Assembly: GCA_044892525.1 (NCBI GenBank) | Contig: CM097888.1 | Span: 37,448,001-37,512,000 of the forward strand | Length of the DNA: 64,000 bases | Source of the DNA: Schmidtea polychroa | Lineage: Eukaryota | Direction: 5' to 3' | Shown here: positions 47,990 to 62,930 of the stretch, piece by piece | Layout of the letters: the number at the start of each line of letters is the position of its first letter | Position numbering within the stretch: the stretch's first letter is position 1 | Program-made: the position numbers and the translations under genes | Notes under the pieces: generated by a model | What the model saw: only the letters and a program-made list of their open reading frames with translations | Database searches by the model: none | What the model was told of the DNA's origin: nothing

Positions 47990-50267
47990 CGAATAAAATC
48001 AATTTTGAAATTACTAGAAAAGATTTTCATTTAAATTTGAAAAAATTCAAACAATAAATTTTAAAATAAAATAAGTTTTATTCAGTTAACATTTATAAAT
48101 AAATAATTTTTAAAATTTTTACCTTTTTCTAATAAAAACAAAACAGCTGACAATAATTTACACCAGGAAACAGTTAACAAAAAAGTTGTATAAAAAGTTG
48201 TATAAAAAGACCGCAAAAAAGAAAATCGATTAAAAATAGAATTTACTTTTATTTAATTTATTTTTAATTTAACTTTTAAATATTATAGTATAATAACAAA
48301 ATGATGTGATCACGACATACTTGAACATACTTGTTAGTATTTATATTAAATATAAATTCATAGTTATATTCATCTTACAGAGTGAATTATTTATTTTACC
48401 ACGTTACTTATGACAAATGGATAACTTTTTTCTTTATTCAAGAGACTGAATATGATATGAATAATTTTCATAGAAGTATACTCTTTGATTCAGTTTTCTT
48501 CTGTCCAAAAGTTTGTCTTCTTTGCTAAATTAACCGAAAGTGTTTTATGAAAAAATCAATACAAGTTGTAACTTTTATTTGTTCATTTACCTCAATTTTG
48601 AAACACCAAACGTATTGTGACATTGACCAATATTTGAATCAACTGCAAAGTGTTTAAATAGGTTTTTCGAATGAATTTTCGACAAGCAAATGAAAAAATG
48701 AGGAATTTCAGTGTCGGCGACTTATAATTTTGACAACTATAGGTGTAACTCCAGTAACTATATAAAATTATTATTGAGTACAAGTTCAATAAATTCTACA
48801 CGTTGTTGATTATAAGGTAAGATAATTTTAATTTCACGTGCTTATTCCAACCGTTCATGAAGAATAACAATACTCAATAAAACTTAAACTTATTGAGATT
48901 TGCAAAGACTAGGAAAACGATTTAATTGAAGGTGAAAATAGTTATAGGCTATTTTGAAAACAAACATTTAAGATAATAAACAGAAAGACCATTTACTTTT
49001 TATATGAGGATTTTTTATAGTGCACAAGATATAAAAATACTTCAGAACAAATATATTCCAACTGAATAAACTGAAAAAAAGATGCGCAAATCAAGTTAGA
49101 TAAATGGTTAAAACTGTTTTGCCATGAAATGGAAGCAACGTAGTTCAAGCCCATAGAAATTTGGCATCATATAACACGAACAATATAATCGAGATCAAAT
49201 AGGACAAAAGCCTACTAAATTGAAGGTCAGGCTGATGGAGTCAAGTTTGACACAGCTTTAGAATGAAGTATCAGAGAATATGATCCACTCAACTATATAC
49301 AATGACCACGAATTATTCTCACTGTAAGTGTAATTTGCTGAAGCCCCAACTAAGTGAATTTGCATCAATTTTAGTTTAAAAGATTTAAAAGATCACGTGA
49401 CCCCGCATGAGTTTGGCATATTTGAAAACTCCAACGTAAGGAAATCCTAATGTTGGGGCAAGCGCACAGAGCAACGAGTGGCGAGGAAGCAGCTCGTACA
49501 AATATATGTGTTATTTAATTAATTAATTCAATTTTCTTTGTATTAATTTATTTAAGATTAAATAGTCGTTTCAATTTACTTGATTTATTAAGGGATTGGA
49601 AGTTAAAATTGTTTGGAAAGCAGACCGTTAATGATAAAGTCGCATAGACAACTTCTATTTATAGTCTTACCTTTGTAGATAGTCACGAGTGACAAATAAT
49701 GAAAATAATGTTTCGGTGCAGTTGTGATGAGAACTAAGTAAGTCAGGTTAACTTACTAGCACAGCATAACCCACATAAATTTTGAGTTGAAATACTTCAT
49801 GAGATTTTATTGACTCCAACACTAAAAGTGTATTATCACATTAACGAGCCATCTTTTTTAATTAAAAAAATTAAATGGGCCAGGAAAGTTTTCATTTTAA
49901 ATACACTACACAATCACCATTTTAACAACGTTCTGAAAATAAATAAAAGATGAAATTGTAGTTATCCCAAAAATAACATTGATCTATTATCATCTAATAC
50001 ATTTCGGTAATTTTATTTTTTTACACGAACATTTTAATTAATTAATTTTTAATGTAACTTAAATTAAAACTTAACCTAACTTAATTGAAAATAATTTTAA
50101 TTTAATTAAAATTTTTATACATATCGTTATCAAATTAATAATACTGTGAACAAATTTCTCGTACTTTATCGTTCTATATCTGGAAATTTTATCAACCATT
50201 ATGATTTTCAGAATAAGTTATAAGTTGTTTAAATAAATATAAATTTGAATTTATTAAAATTCATTAA

Positions 50268-53200
50268 ATGAATCTTACTGAAAAAGGTATTTTTTGTAAT
50301 TTGTTGGTAACTTTATTATTTAATCATTTAGCTCGTGAATGGCAACAATTACGTTCAAAGAGATACTCGGAAAAACGAAAATTTGGATTTGTGGATACAC
50401 AAAAGGAGGATATGCCTCCTGAACATTTGCGTAAAATCGTTAGAGATCATGGTGATATGACAAATCGAAAATTTCGTCACGATAAGCGAGTTTATTTGGG
50501 TTCATTAAAGTATATGCCCCACTCTCTTATGAAATTACTTGAAAATATGCCTATGCCGTGGGAACAAATTAAAGAAGTTAAAGTTGTTTATCATATTACT
50601 GGTGCCATAACATTTGTTAATGAAATTCCCTGGGTTATTGAACCTGTTTATATAGCTCAATGGGCAACAATGTGGATTATGATGAGAAGAGAAAAGCGTG
50701 ATAGACGACATTTTAAACGGATGAGATTTCCAGCTTTTGATGACGACGAGCCGCCATTAGACTATGCAGACAATATCCTCGACGTAGAGCCATTAGAACC
50801 TATACAAATGGAACTTGATTCAGAGGAAGATAGGGGAATTTATGATTGGTTTTATGATCCAAAACCTTTGGTTAATACCGCTCACGTCAATGGAGAAACT
50901 TATAGAAGATGGAATTTATCTTTAAATCAAATGTCACATCTTTATCGGTTAGCGAACACATTATTAACTGATATATTAGACGAAAATTATTTTTATCTTT
51001 TCAACTTGAAGTCATTTTATACAGCAAAAGCTCTCAATGTTGCATTGCCCGGAGGTCCAAAATTTGAGCCACTTGTTAAAGATAGAAATTTAGAAGATGA
51101 AGATTGGAATGAGTTTAATGATATCAATAAAGTCATAATACGCCATCCAATAAGAACCGAGTACAGAATAGCATTTCCATATGTATATAATAGCTATCCA
51201 TTTCAAGTTCACGTTTCATGGTACCATACACCTAATGTCGTTTTTATAAAAACAGAAGATCCTGATCTACCAGCTTTTTATTTCGATCCTTTAATAAATC
51301 CAATAACCCAACGACACGCAGACACTGACGTCGTTATTGATGATGATATTTTTATGGAGGATTTAAAATTTCCTGTTGATTTTCGCCCATTAATGAATCA
51401 CAGTCCTTTATATACTGATAATACAGCAAATGGTATAGCACTTTTATGGGCACCTAGGCCTTTCAATACACGCTCTGGTAGATGTAGACGTGCTATAGAT
51501 GTGCCTTTGGTGAAGAGTTGGTATCTGGAGCATTGTCCAAGTAGTATGCCTGTAAAAGTGAGAGTTTCATATCAAAAACTATTAAAATACTACGTTTTAA
51601 ATGCTTTGAAGCATAAACGACCGAAAAACCAACGTCGTAAATATTTGTTTAGGACTTTTAAAGCAACAAAATTTTTCCAAACCACTACACTGGATTGGGT
51701 GGAAGCTGGCTTGCAGGTTTGTAAACAAGGTCATAACATGTTAAATTTGCTCATCCATCGAAAGAATTTGAATTATCTTCATTTGGATTACAATTTCAAT
51801 TTGAAGCCCGTCAAAACTTTAACTACTAAAGAAAGAAAAAAGTCTCGATTTGGAAATGCCTTTCATTTAATGAGAGAAATTTTGAGATTTACGAAATTGG
51901 TAGTAGATTGCCATGTACAATACCGATTGGGTAATATTGATGCTTTTCAATTGGCTGATGGTTTGCAGTATATATTTTCTCACGTCGGCCAATTGACAGG
52001 CATGTACAGATATAAATATAAACTGATGAGGCAAATAAGAATGTGCAAAGACTTGAAACATTTGATTTATTATCGATTCAATACCGGTAATGTTACCAAG
52101 GGTCCCGGTGTTGGTTTCTGGGCACCGATGTGGCGTGTTTGGTTGTTTTTCTTGCGAGGTGTAACTCCATTGCTGGAAAGATGGCTGGGTAATTTACTTT
52201 CTCGGCAGTTTGAAGGACGGCACAGCAAGGGTGTTGCTAAAACCGTTACCAAACAACGTGTCGAGTCTCATTATGATTTAGAGTTGAGAGCTTCTGTATT
52301 GCACGATATAATCGATATGATGCCGGAAGGAATTAAGCAGGCTAAAGCCAAATGTATTTTACAGCATTTAAGTGAGGCGTGGAGATGTTGGAAAGCAAAT
52401 ATTCCCTGGAAAGTTCCAAATTTGCCAGTACCGATTGAAAATATGATATTGAGATATGTGAAAAATAAGAGTGATTGGTGGACAAAGACTGCGCATTATA
52501 ATAGAGAACGAATTCGTCGGGGAGCAACTGTTGATAAAACTGTGTGCAAGAAAAATTTGGGCCAATTGACGAGATTGAATCTCAAATCAGAACAGGAGAG
52601 ACAGAATAATTATCTCAAAGATGGGCCTTATTTGTCCAACGAAGAAGGTGTTGCTATATATGTGTCAATAGTGCATTGGTTAGACAGTAGAAGCTACTCT
52701 CCTATTCCATTTCCCCCTTTGACTTATAAGCACGACACGAAATTATTGATTTTGGCCTTGGAACGACTCAAAGAAGCTTTCAGTGTGAAAAATCGATTAA
52801 ATCACAATCAACGAGAAGAGCTGGGTATGATTGAAAGGTCTTACGATAATCCACACGAAGCTCTCTCTAGAATTAAAAGACATTTATTGACATTGAGAAA
52901 TTTCGAAGAGGTGAATTATAGTTGTTGTGAAATCAATAAAATCAATATCTGTTAGGTTAAAATTGAATTCATGGATCTATACAGCCATATTGTTCCTGTG
53001 TATGAAATAGATGCTTTGGAGAAGATCACAGATGCTTATCTAGATCAATACTGCTGGTATGAGGCGGAGAAGAGAAATTTGTTTCCTTCGTGGATTAAGC
53101 CTAGTGATAAGGAACCGCCACCGCAATTGGTTTATAAATGGTGTCAGGGAATCAATAATCTAGAGGTACTTTTTGATTTGTACGTCTTTGAATTCATTAA

Positions 53201-56200
53201 TTAATTGTCATTAAATCGATCGATCGGATTCATTTTCGAGTTTATTAACATTATTAATATAATTGTTTTTAATATAATTGTCTTGTTTAAATTTCATCGA
53301 TGGAATTGGTAGGTTCTCATAATTTCACTTTTCATCGATTTTCTATAATTTTATTTGTAATATTGATTACACAATTAATGGTTTCTCCCAATTATCAATA
53401 ATTTGATCGATTTAATTAATTTTACCTTTACATTAAATTTTCAATAATTTTATTTGTAATATTGAATAATATTCGATTTATTTTTAATATTAATAAATTG
53501 TTTCAAAATTTCCATTAATTTGATTGATTTAATTAAATTTTAACTGCCAATATATTTCATAAATTCACTTTTCATCGATTTTTAATTTTATGATAAATAT
53601 TCCGATTTAATCTGAATTTTTAATAACATAATATTTTAAATACCCTAATGATTGATCCGAGACTCCGAGACGTATAGTCTTTCAATTTCATCATTTATCA
53701 CATCTTCTGATCCAATTTCATCTTTCATCACCTGATCTTTTATCACATCTGATCCACTTGATTAAATTTCATCAACCATACGATGGGATTGATAGGTTCT
53801 CATAATTTCACTTTTCTATAATTTTATTTGTAATATTGAATAATCGATTTTTTTAAAATATTAATAAATAGTTTCCCAATTTTCAATTTCAACATTTATC
53901 ACATCTTCTATTCCATTTTCATCATTTTCACACCTTCTGATCCACTTTCATCATTTTCACATTTTCTGATCCACTTTCATCATTTTTCACATCTCTGATA
54001 CACTTTAATACAAATTCTAAGAAAAAATATTGACCATAAAGAATTTCGAAATAATACATCAAACCGTAGGGTTTAATGAGAATATAAATTTCAAAGGTCT
54101 TTGCTAATCGAGAAATATCGAATTTTTCAAAATTTACTAAAATCAAAAATATATATTTCAAGGCTTTTTCTCCTAATCGATAAAATGCATCTCGGTGCTG
54201 CTGTATTTGTTGTATATAAATATAACATGATGAAATCGCAGGGGTCTGAATCAATGTCATGAAATTGAATAAGATGTTGTCAAAGATCTTATCAAGATTT
54301 TGACTGATTCTTAGACCTAGCTTGTAACTGATATTTATTGGCATTAAAATTCTTTTAAGATATGTAAAATTGAGTATAACCGTTTTTTGTCATTTAGAAT
54401 GTTTGGGTGACAGCTGATGGTGAATGCAACGTTTTGTTAGAAACCAGTTTTGAGAAGATTTTTGAGAAAATTGATTTAACATTCTTAAACAGATTGTTAA
54501 GATTAATAATGGATCATAATATTGCCGATTATATGACTGCGAAAAATAATGTAAGGATATCGTTTAAAGACATGCAGCATACTCACTCGTTCGGTATAAT
54601 CAGAGGATTGCAATTTGCATCCTTCATTACACAATATTATGGTCTAGTTCTTGATTTGCTTGTGTTGGGACTGTCCAGAGCTACAGATATGGCTGGACCG
54701 CCAGATGAACCGAACGCATTTTGTCAGTTTGAAGATGCCGAAGTACAAACCGCTCATCCTATTAGACTTTATACGAGATATGTCGATCGGTTTTGGATGT
54801 TTTTCCGCTTCTCTGCCGATGAAGCTCGAGAATTAATTCAAAGATTCTTGAATGAAAATCCTGATCCAAATAACGAAAATATTGTCGGTTACAACAACAA
54901 AAAATGTTGGCCTCGTGATTGTCGGATGCGTCTAATGAAACACGACGTAAATCTCGGTAGAGCGGTATTTTGGGATATTAAAAATCGATTCCCAAGAGCC
55001 ATGACAACGATATTGTGGGAAAATAGCTTCGTTTCGGTTTTCAGTAAAGATAATCCAAATCTTCTCTTCAGTATGTCGGGATTTGAATGTCGAATCGTTC
55101 CTACGAGTATATCCAATCTCACTGAAACCAGCAGCCAATCAAATGCTGCTAAATGGGAATTACAACATGAGGATACAAAAGAGAAAACAGCAATATGTTA
55201 CCTGAGAGTCGATGATGAACATATGCAGAAATTCCATAACAGAGTTCGACAAATATTAATGGCTTCTGGATCTACGACATTTACGAAAATAGTCAATAAA
55301 TGGAACACGGCTTTGATTGGTTTAATGGCTTATTTCAGAGATGCCGTTCTTGGAACACCAGAACTGTTGGATTTGCTGGTTAAGTGTGAGAACAAGATTC
55401 AAACACGTATTAAAATCGGTTTAAACTCAAAAATGCCAGCCAGATTTCCTCCTGTCGTTTTCTATACTCCCAAAGAACTGGGAGGTCTTGGAATGGTTTC
55501 AATGGGTCATGTATTGATTCCACAATCCGATTTGAGGTGGTCCAAACAAACTGATGCACTTATAACTCATTATCGATCTGGTATGTCGCACGATAATGAT
55601 CAGGCCATTCCAAATCTCTATTCGTATATAACACCATGGCAACAGGAGTTTAAAGAATCGTTGAGAGTTTGGGCGGAATTTGCTCAGAAACGTGAAGAAA
55701 GTGCCGCTCAACATCGAAGGCTAACTCTTGAAGATTTAGAAGACAGCTGGGATAAGGGTATCCCCCGGATCAATACGCTGTTCCAGAAAGATAGGCAAAC
55801 CCTACAATATGATAGAGGATGGAGAGTTCGAACCCATTTCAAAACGTACCAGGTGTTGAAACAAAACCCATTCTGGTGGACCAATCAAAGACACGATGGG
55901 AAGTTGTGGAATTTAAACAATTATCGAACCGATATGATCCAAGCTCTCGGTGGAGTTGAAGGAATTTTGGAACATACACTCTTTAGAGGAACATATTTCC
56001 CCACTTGGGAAGGTCTGTTTTGGGAAAAAGCCAGCGGTTTCGAAGAATCAATGAAATATAAAAAATTAACCAACGCCCAAAGATCCGGTCTCAATCAAAT
56101 CCCGAATCGTCGATTTACGCTCTGGTGGTCTCCGACAATCAACCGAGCCAATGTCTATGTCGGTTTTCAAGTTCAATTGGATTTAACGGGTATTTTTATG

Positions 56201-58516
56201 CACGGCAAAATCCCGACGTTGAAAATTTCACTGATTCAAATTTTCCGTGCTCATTTATGGCAAAAAATCCACGAAGCGGTCGTGATGGATCTCTGTCAGG
56301 TATTCGATCAACATTTGGACTCGCTGGAAATCGATGCAGTCCAAAAGGAAACGATTCATCCGAGAAAGTCCTACAAGATGAATTCAAGTTGTGCTGATAT
56401 TCTTCTGTTTGCCACTTACAAATGGAGCGTATCGACACCGTCGCTACTTGCCGACACTAACGAAAAATCAGTCGGAACGACTACTCAAAAGTTTTGGATC
56501 GATGTCCAACTCAGGTGGGGAGATTACGATTCTCACGACATTGAACGGTACGCCAGATCGAAATTCAGTGATTACGTCAATGATGCAATGTCGATTTACC
56601 CGTCTCCGACTGGTGCTATGATCGCAATCGATTTGGCCTACAATATCCAATCAGCGTACGGTAATTGGTTTCCGGGATTAAAAACCCTAATGCAACAAGC
56701 AATGACGAAAATTATGAAATCCAATCCAGCTCTCTATGTTTTACGGGAACGTATTAGAAAAGCGTTACAATTGTACTCCAGTGAACCAACGGAACCCTAT
56801 TTGAGTTCCCAAAACTATAACGAGTTGTTCTCCAATCAAATTATATGGTTTGTCGATGACACGAATGTGTACCGAGTTACTATTCACAAAACGTTCGAAG
56901 GCAACCTAACAACAAAGCCTATCAACGGTGCAATTTTCATTTTCAATCCAAGAACCGGACAATTGTTTTTGAAAATAATCCACACCTCGGTTTGGTCGGG
57001 TCAGAAACGATTGGGTCAATTAGCCAAATGGAAAACCGCTGAAGAAGTTGCTGCTCTGATTCGATCGGTTCCAGTCGAGGAACAACCGAAACAGATTATC
57101 GTTACAAGAAAAGGCATGCTCGATCCTCTCGAAGTCCATTTACTGGACTTTCCGAATATCATCATCAAAGGAAGTGAGCTACAGTTACCGTTCCAGGCCT
57201 GTTTGAAGGTGGAGAAGTTCGGGGATCAAATTTTGAAAGCCACTGAACCTCAAATGATCCTCTATAACCTGTACGATGATTGGTTGGATTCCGTCAGTTC
57301 CTATACGGCATTTTCGAGACTTATTTTGATTCTGCGCGCTCTCCATGTGAACAACGACCGAGCGAAAGTTATTTTGAAGCCCGACCAATCGGTGATCACG
57401 GAACAGCATCACATTTGGCCGACATTAACCCCTGATCAATGGAGCACTGTTGAAAACCAGCTGAAAGATCTGATACTGTTGGATTATGGAAAACGAAACA
57501 ATGTCAATATTGCCTCTTTGACGCAATCGGAAATCAGGGATATAATTCTCGGAATGGAGATTTCTGCTCCATCGCAACAACGACAACAAATCGCTGAAAT
57601 TGAGAAACAGAACAAAGAACAATCCCAATTGACCGCTACCACTACCAGGACCACCAATAAGCACGGCGATGAGATAATCACCACCACAACCAGCAATTAC
57701 GAGACCCAGCATTTCACCACGAAAACCGAATGGAGAATTCGAGCAATTTCCGCGACCAGCTTGTATTTGCGTACGAACAATATCTATATAAGCAATGACG
57801 AATCAAAAGAAGGCGCTTACACCTATGTGCTGCCACAGAATGTGCTGAAACAATTCATCATTATTGGAGATCTCAGAACGCAAATAGCGGGATTCTTGTA
57901 CGGAACGAGTCCACCTGATAAGCCGTTAATGAAAGAGATCCGATGTATTGTTGTACCGCCACAAACCGGAACGACACAGGACGTGGAATTTTCCCACGAG
58001 CTCCCCAATCATGAGATCCTCGATGATTTGGAACCTTTGGGCTGGATCCACACCCAACCGAATGAAACACCACAATTGTCACCGCAAGATATTTCCACTC
58101 ATGCAAAGGTGTTTGCTGAACGCGACGGTCAACGGACGATCGTTATGACGTGCTCGTTTACGCCGGGCTCTGTGACTCTGTGCGCTTATAAGCTGACTCC
58201 AGGTGGGTTTGAGTGGGGCAAAACTCTGAAGGATAAATCCGTCAATCCTAAAGGCTATCAGACCAGTCATTTTGAAAAAGTTCCAATGCTCCTGTCGGAC
58301 CGGTTTACCGGATTCTTTATGGTACCGACATTGGGTTCGTGGAATTATAATTTCAACGGTGTTCGGTTGTCATCCAATTCCATATATGATATTAAATTGG
58401 CACTGCCGTTGAAATATTATCATAAGCTCCACAGACCGACACATTATTTGAATTTCGATGTATTGGAAGGAGAATCGATGGATGTAGATGCTCCTGATTT
58501 TGATGTCATTAAATAA
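50268..58516 (+). CDS. PRPF8: Pre-mRNA-processing-splicing factor 8, 4 exons (50268-50286, 50332-52910, 52956-53165, 54398-58516), about 2308 aa
   Basis: Unmistakable PRP8 motifs: [85 protein letters not shown], RNaseH-like [19 protein letters not shown] and [15 protein letters not shown]. Introns of 45, 45 and 1232 nt are GT-AG and restore the frame: EK|AREW, EE|VKIEF, LE|NVWVT. Confidence 0.97.
53290..54010. repeat. Internally repetitive insert in PRPF8 intron 3
   Basis: Duplicated block GATGG.ATTG.TAGGTTCTCATAATTTCACTTTTC (about 53299 and 53782) and a ~27-bp tandem unit TTCTGATCCACTTTCATCATTTTCACA x~3-4 (about 53900-54000). Confidence 0.7.
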
Positions 58517-59404
58517 ACATTCTAATCATGAAGCTTTTTCATAATCATTTCCCGTTGTCAGTTAATTAGTGTATATTAAATATATTCTGTTTCATCTGTT
58601 TGCCATTTAGACATCATTTTAAAATTTGCTCTTTTATCAACATAATACAAGTTTGTTTATAATAAATGATCAATTTTTTTTTGTTATGAATTTTTACACA
58701 ATAAATTTATGACGTCATATGAACCAAGGTTTTCCGAAATCAGCTTTATTACTTACTATTCTTACAACATATTTCAGAAACTGATACCCTGAAAAAGTTG
58801 GTATCAAGTTCGGGTTAATCAAAATAGAAAGTACATTGTACAAACTACAAATGTTTTTTTGCGTTTGCTCTTTCTGATAATATAAATTTCAGTATATATT
58901 TGAAGTTTACTAGGTATATTGGTTCCAAAATCCTAATATATATTTTTCGTTTTAAACTTGATCAAAAATATTCTCATCTTCTGAAGAAATTGAAATTGCA
59001 GTTTTTCAGCATTGAAAATATCTTCGGCGCTTAACATTAATATAAATCTGCTATCTAGATATATTGCTCCAATCATAAATGGTTTGTTTTCTCTTAATAA
59101 TATTCGAATATAATTATTTGGATGTTTTTGTTTGATCATATTTTGTCAGATCTAATTTAAAACTTAGTCAGATTCAATAAAGATCACCTAAATTCATCTA
59201 TTATTCTTGTAGTTTAAGCGTTAATTTTTTCCGTCAAAAATATATTGAACATTCCTACAATATGTAGTGCATCTGACTTTTACATTAATAATGATATCAA
59301 TTTAATAATAAAACTTAAAATTAATTAAATAATAAACTATTGTTTAAATATTTTCATTCGATAGTGGAAAAATATGTAGCGTGAAAATATGTTTTTGATA
59401 AGAG

Positions 59405-59940
59405 GCATCGGGTAGGCGTCATATACTTTAACGTTGTTCAGTGCCCGGAAATCACAATGGCAGAAGTAGCCTTCTTTCTTTGTTACTACATGGATTGAGA
59501 AGTCCATGGAGAGGAGGTGCGTCGAATAATGCCATTGTCTTCGAGTTCGGAGAATTCGAGTTACACGGCCTGACGTTTGTTGATTGGAAGTGGCCGAGAG
59601 CTACCGTGTTGTGGTGTACAAGAAACGGTGGTGATGAAATGAACGGATTCTTAGCTAGGGGTATGTGTGATGAACTTGGTTATGAGATTCTTGAAATGTA
59701 TGGCGATGACGGACTTTACGTTGTCGACTGTTAACAAAATTATTGTTGGTTGTTGCAGTATTGTGGAAACTGGTTGAGGTGCTTGGTATATAAGTTTGGT
59801 TTTACAGTCGATATGCACTGCTTCGTTTGTTAGGAAGTCGAGCCCTAGTATGAGGAAGGTGGTATTGGCGATGTAAAAGCAGTGTGAGAAAAGTTTCTGG
59901 AAACCTGGAAGGTGAAATTGGTTTGTTTTTCTGTGCGTGT
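59405..59940 (-). pseudogene. Decayed Ty3/Gypsy pol fragment (protease C-half to RT N-terminus)
   Basis: Minus frame HLPGFQKLFSHCFYIANTTFLILGLDFL..ID, then EFSELEDNGIIRRTSSPW, a frameshift, and IHVVTKKEG..CDFRALNNVKVYDAYPMP. Two stops and one frameshift. Confidence 0.85.
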
Positions 59941-62930
59941 TGTCGGAATCTGTTGTGATAAAAGCAGATTAGTGTACTTCATTATTACATTACTTCTAAA
60001 GCGGGTAGGTGATGGAACTAGAAATAAATATGTTTACTTTTTGTTGGGTTATTTCGTTGGTGACAATATTTGTAAATTCAAACTTTTACACTGACTCCAA
60101 AGCGTGTTTATTAATTCACAATTCAACACTCTCCAACACAATAAGCTTTATTAATATCCACACTGAATTGTACAAATTTCAATTACAATCAATTAACTAT
60201 AAACCAATTTATCACACAGAGCTTATTTCGACACTACGTAAAGAATAGCTCTTTCTGTAGCCACAACAATAATCACTCGCCGTCAACTACTCAATTACAG
60301 GATACGTTGATCGATTGTTCTATTTGCATTGACCACACAATTTATTTACTCCACTTTTATTTTATATTCAATTTTATAAAAGATTCTCATCACTTCTCTT
60401 TTCACTCTGTTTTGATTCACCTTTTTAACTCTTTTCGTCTCTAATTTCGTTTCGTTTTGTTCTAAATTTGTTCTGATTTCTCGTCCACCAGTTTTCCTTG
60501 TTTTGTTTATGGCACTGGCGACAGATTTTGTTTTCCTATTTCTATTTTCTTCTGCGTTCCCCGCTATGTCAGCCTCATCTCTGACAGATATCGAGATATT
60601 TTCCCTTTTCCCTTTTTTGTTTGACCGCCTTCTTCCAGCAATTACGTTATCACTGGCAGGCTGTCAAGATAATAATATTGTTGTTTTCATTTTTTCCTGA
60701 TTTCAACATTCCTTTTCCTTTTTGTACTAATTAATTAGTACTGATCTTGGCTTTTATTTTCATGTTTGATTCCTTTTATTTCCTTTATCTTTCTCATTTT
60801 TAATTTCTTTTTACTTCCGTTTTCTTTTCTGAGTTCCCATAGATCGTCCCGTTTGTCATGACGATCTTGCCCCAGGTAATTTAATTTATTTATTTATAAA
60901 TTGTTTATTTAGGTATCCTCAACATTTTAATGAATGAATTTCAATCTGACTTGTATGTTATAATTAAATACAACTTACAAATCGAAAAAATGATTATTAT
61001 GTTACATAATGAATTTTAGTCTTCTAGGTTTGATCTTATTTTCTAATTTTAAGCAAAGATCAAGGAGGATAAAGATAAAAAAGACGGGTTAAGAGTTGTA
61101 AAATCAAAAGTGGTTGGAAATAAGAATATATGATAAAACAATAAATTGAACGAGTATGCTTTGGTCTTTTTTAATCTCATTCCTTGGATTTTAAAAATAT
61201 TGTTAGACGCAATTAAATTCAAATCTTTTTCAAGCATTTATTTTTATAACTACTTCAAAATTGTGTCGTTTACTAGCGTATTCAAACACCGAGGCGTGAT
61301 AATTATTAATATTAATGTAATTACTGGTCATACATTTAATTGATTTAATTTAATATAATTTAATATAATATGATATAATTTAATATAGAATTTAAATATA
61401 AAAATTTAACAGAAATAATTATTTCTACTAACTGATCTCACTTCTACCATTTAACCATAATAATTTTATATAGGGTTTTACTAACTCCTTACAAATATAA
61501 AAGATAAAAATGGTTAAATTCGATAAAATCAAAAATATGAGTGTTAGAAAATAATAAATTTAAATTGTATGGAATATATCTTAACTTTGAATGTTTATAT
61601 ATATAAAGATTGCAGAGAATTTAAGAAAAACAAATTAGAAATTGACTATTTAAACAAAAAGAACTTTTAACAATTGTATTTTGAATAAATCTAGGTTAGG
61701 GATAATCAAAACATAAATTCAAACGGTGAACATTTAAACAAATGTTAAATTCGTTGATTAGATTATGATTTCACTATCCAACCTTGAACCAATTAATAGA
61801 AAAGAAATGTTTGAAAAAAATTCGTAAAATTGAATATATATCCAACGTAAAATTTTTAAAACCAAAACAATTAAATCAACTAAATTCATCAAGTCAACCC
61901 TTCTTCAGGTCACATATTCGAATCATTATGTTTGGGCTGACCATTTGAACTGAAAAGAACTAAAGACTACAAACAATAAAAGTAAATGAATTCATAACTC
62001 AATCCTCTATTTGAACTGTAAAATTTAGGTGTCAGAATTGATCGGAGTAAATGAATCTGTAGACAATTTCAACTTTGAATTTTAGATGTTGGATTTGACA
62101 GTGGCTTTTTGTAAACGATGCGTCTAACGAGCACAAATGTCTACTATGAATGTCTATATGAAACATGGTCTTCAAAGAATGCAAATGGTAAATTTTTTTG
62201 AATAATTGTAGCGAAATTGAACTTTGAATTTGGCAAAATTTTAAATCTGGTTTCATGAACTTTAAGGAATAAATCTCAGCAGATAAGTAAAGGTTTTCAG
62301 GGAAAACATTTCAAGGTCATGCGCGTATTTTAACAAAATAAGCCTTAAGTTGAACTCAACGAACGAGCTCCTACTGTTGAATAAAGTCACGGTTATTCAA
62401 TACAGATTATCCATTATGCGGGAATTAATTCTTTTCATTTCAAGAGCAGTATTTATTTCAAATATCAAGATAGGCAGAAAGCTTTAAATGCCACTATTCA
62501 GTAAAATAGGCCCTAGGCACCTGCACCACATTTTACCGGACAAATAAAAAATATAAAATGTTTACATAAAAAGATAACATAGAATATATTTGAGTGATTT
62601 ATTAATTAAATTTAAAAAATTAAAAGCTTTATAGAAAGAAAATAGCTATTACGAAAATGGTAATGGCATAGATGAATACTTTAAAGGTAGTCCAAGATTT
62701 TGTCAATGTTATCACGATTTCCTGTTGCATATTGCGAATTTGTTTTATTTCTTGTATTGTGATCTTTAATATTACATATTTTGTATAAGTTTCCTGAAAT
62801 AGTATGTGTTTCAGTGGAAGGTGTATGAATTCTATTATTTGTGTCTAAATCATCATTTACGATTGATACGAGTAGTTTTGCGACATATGTTTCGTGGTTT
62901 TGGATATTTCAGTTTTCTATGCTAATTTAA

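Noticed and set aside
49455-49500. Helitron 3' end (GC-rich patch ending AGCTCGT)
   Set aside because: The terminal tetramer is not CTRR, the hairpin is weak and no 5' TC end was identified.
53928-54344. 138-aa minus-strand ORF in PRPF8 intron 3
   Set aside because: Its C-terminus translates a 27-bp tandem repeat; no domain signature.
56020-56050. PRP8 intein
   Set aside because: The known fungal insertion region [16 protein letters not shown] is continuous and the total length is about normal.
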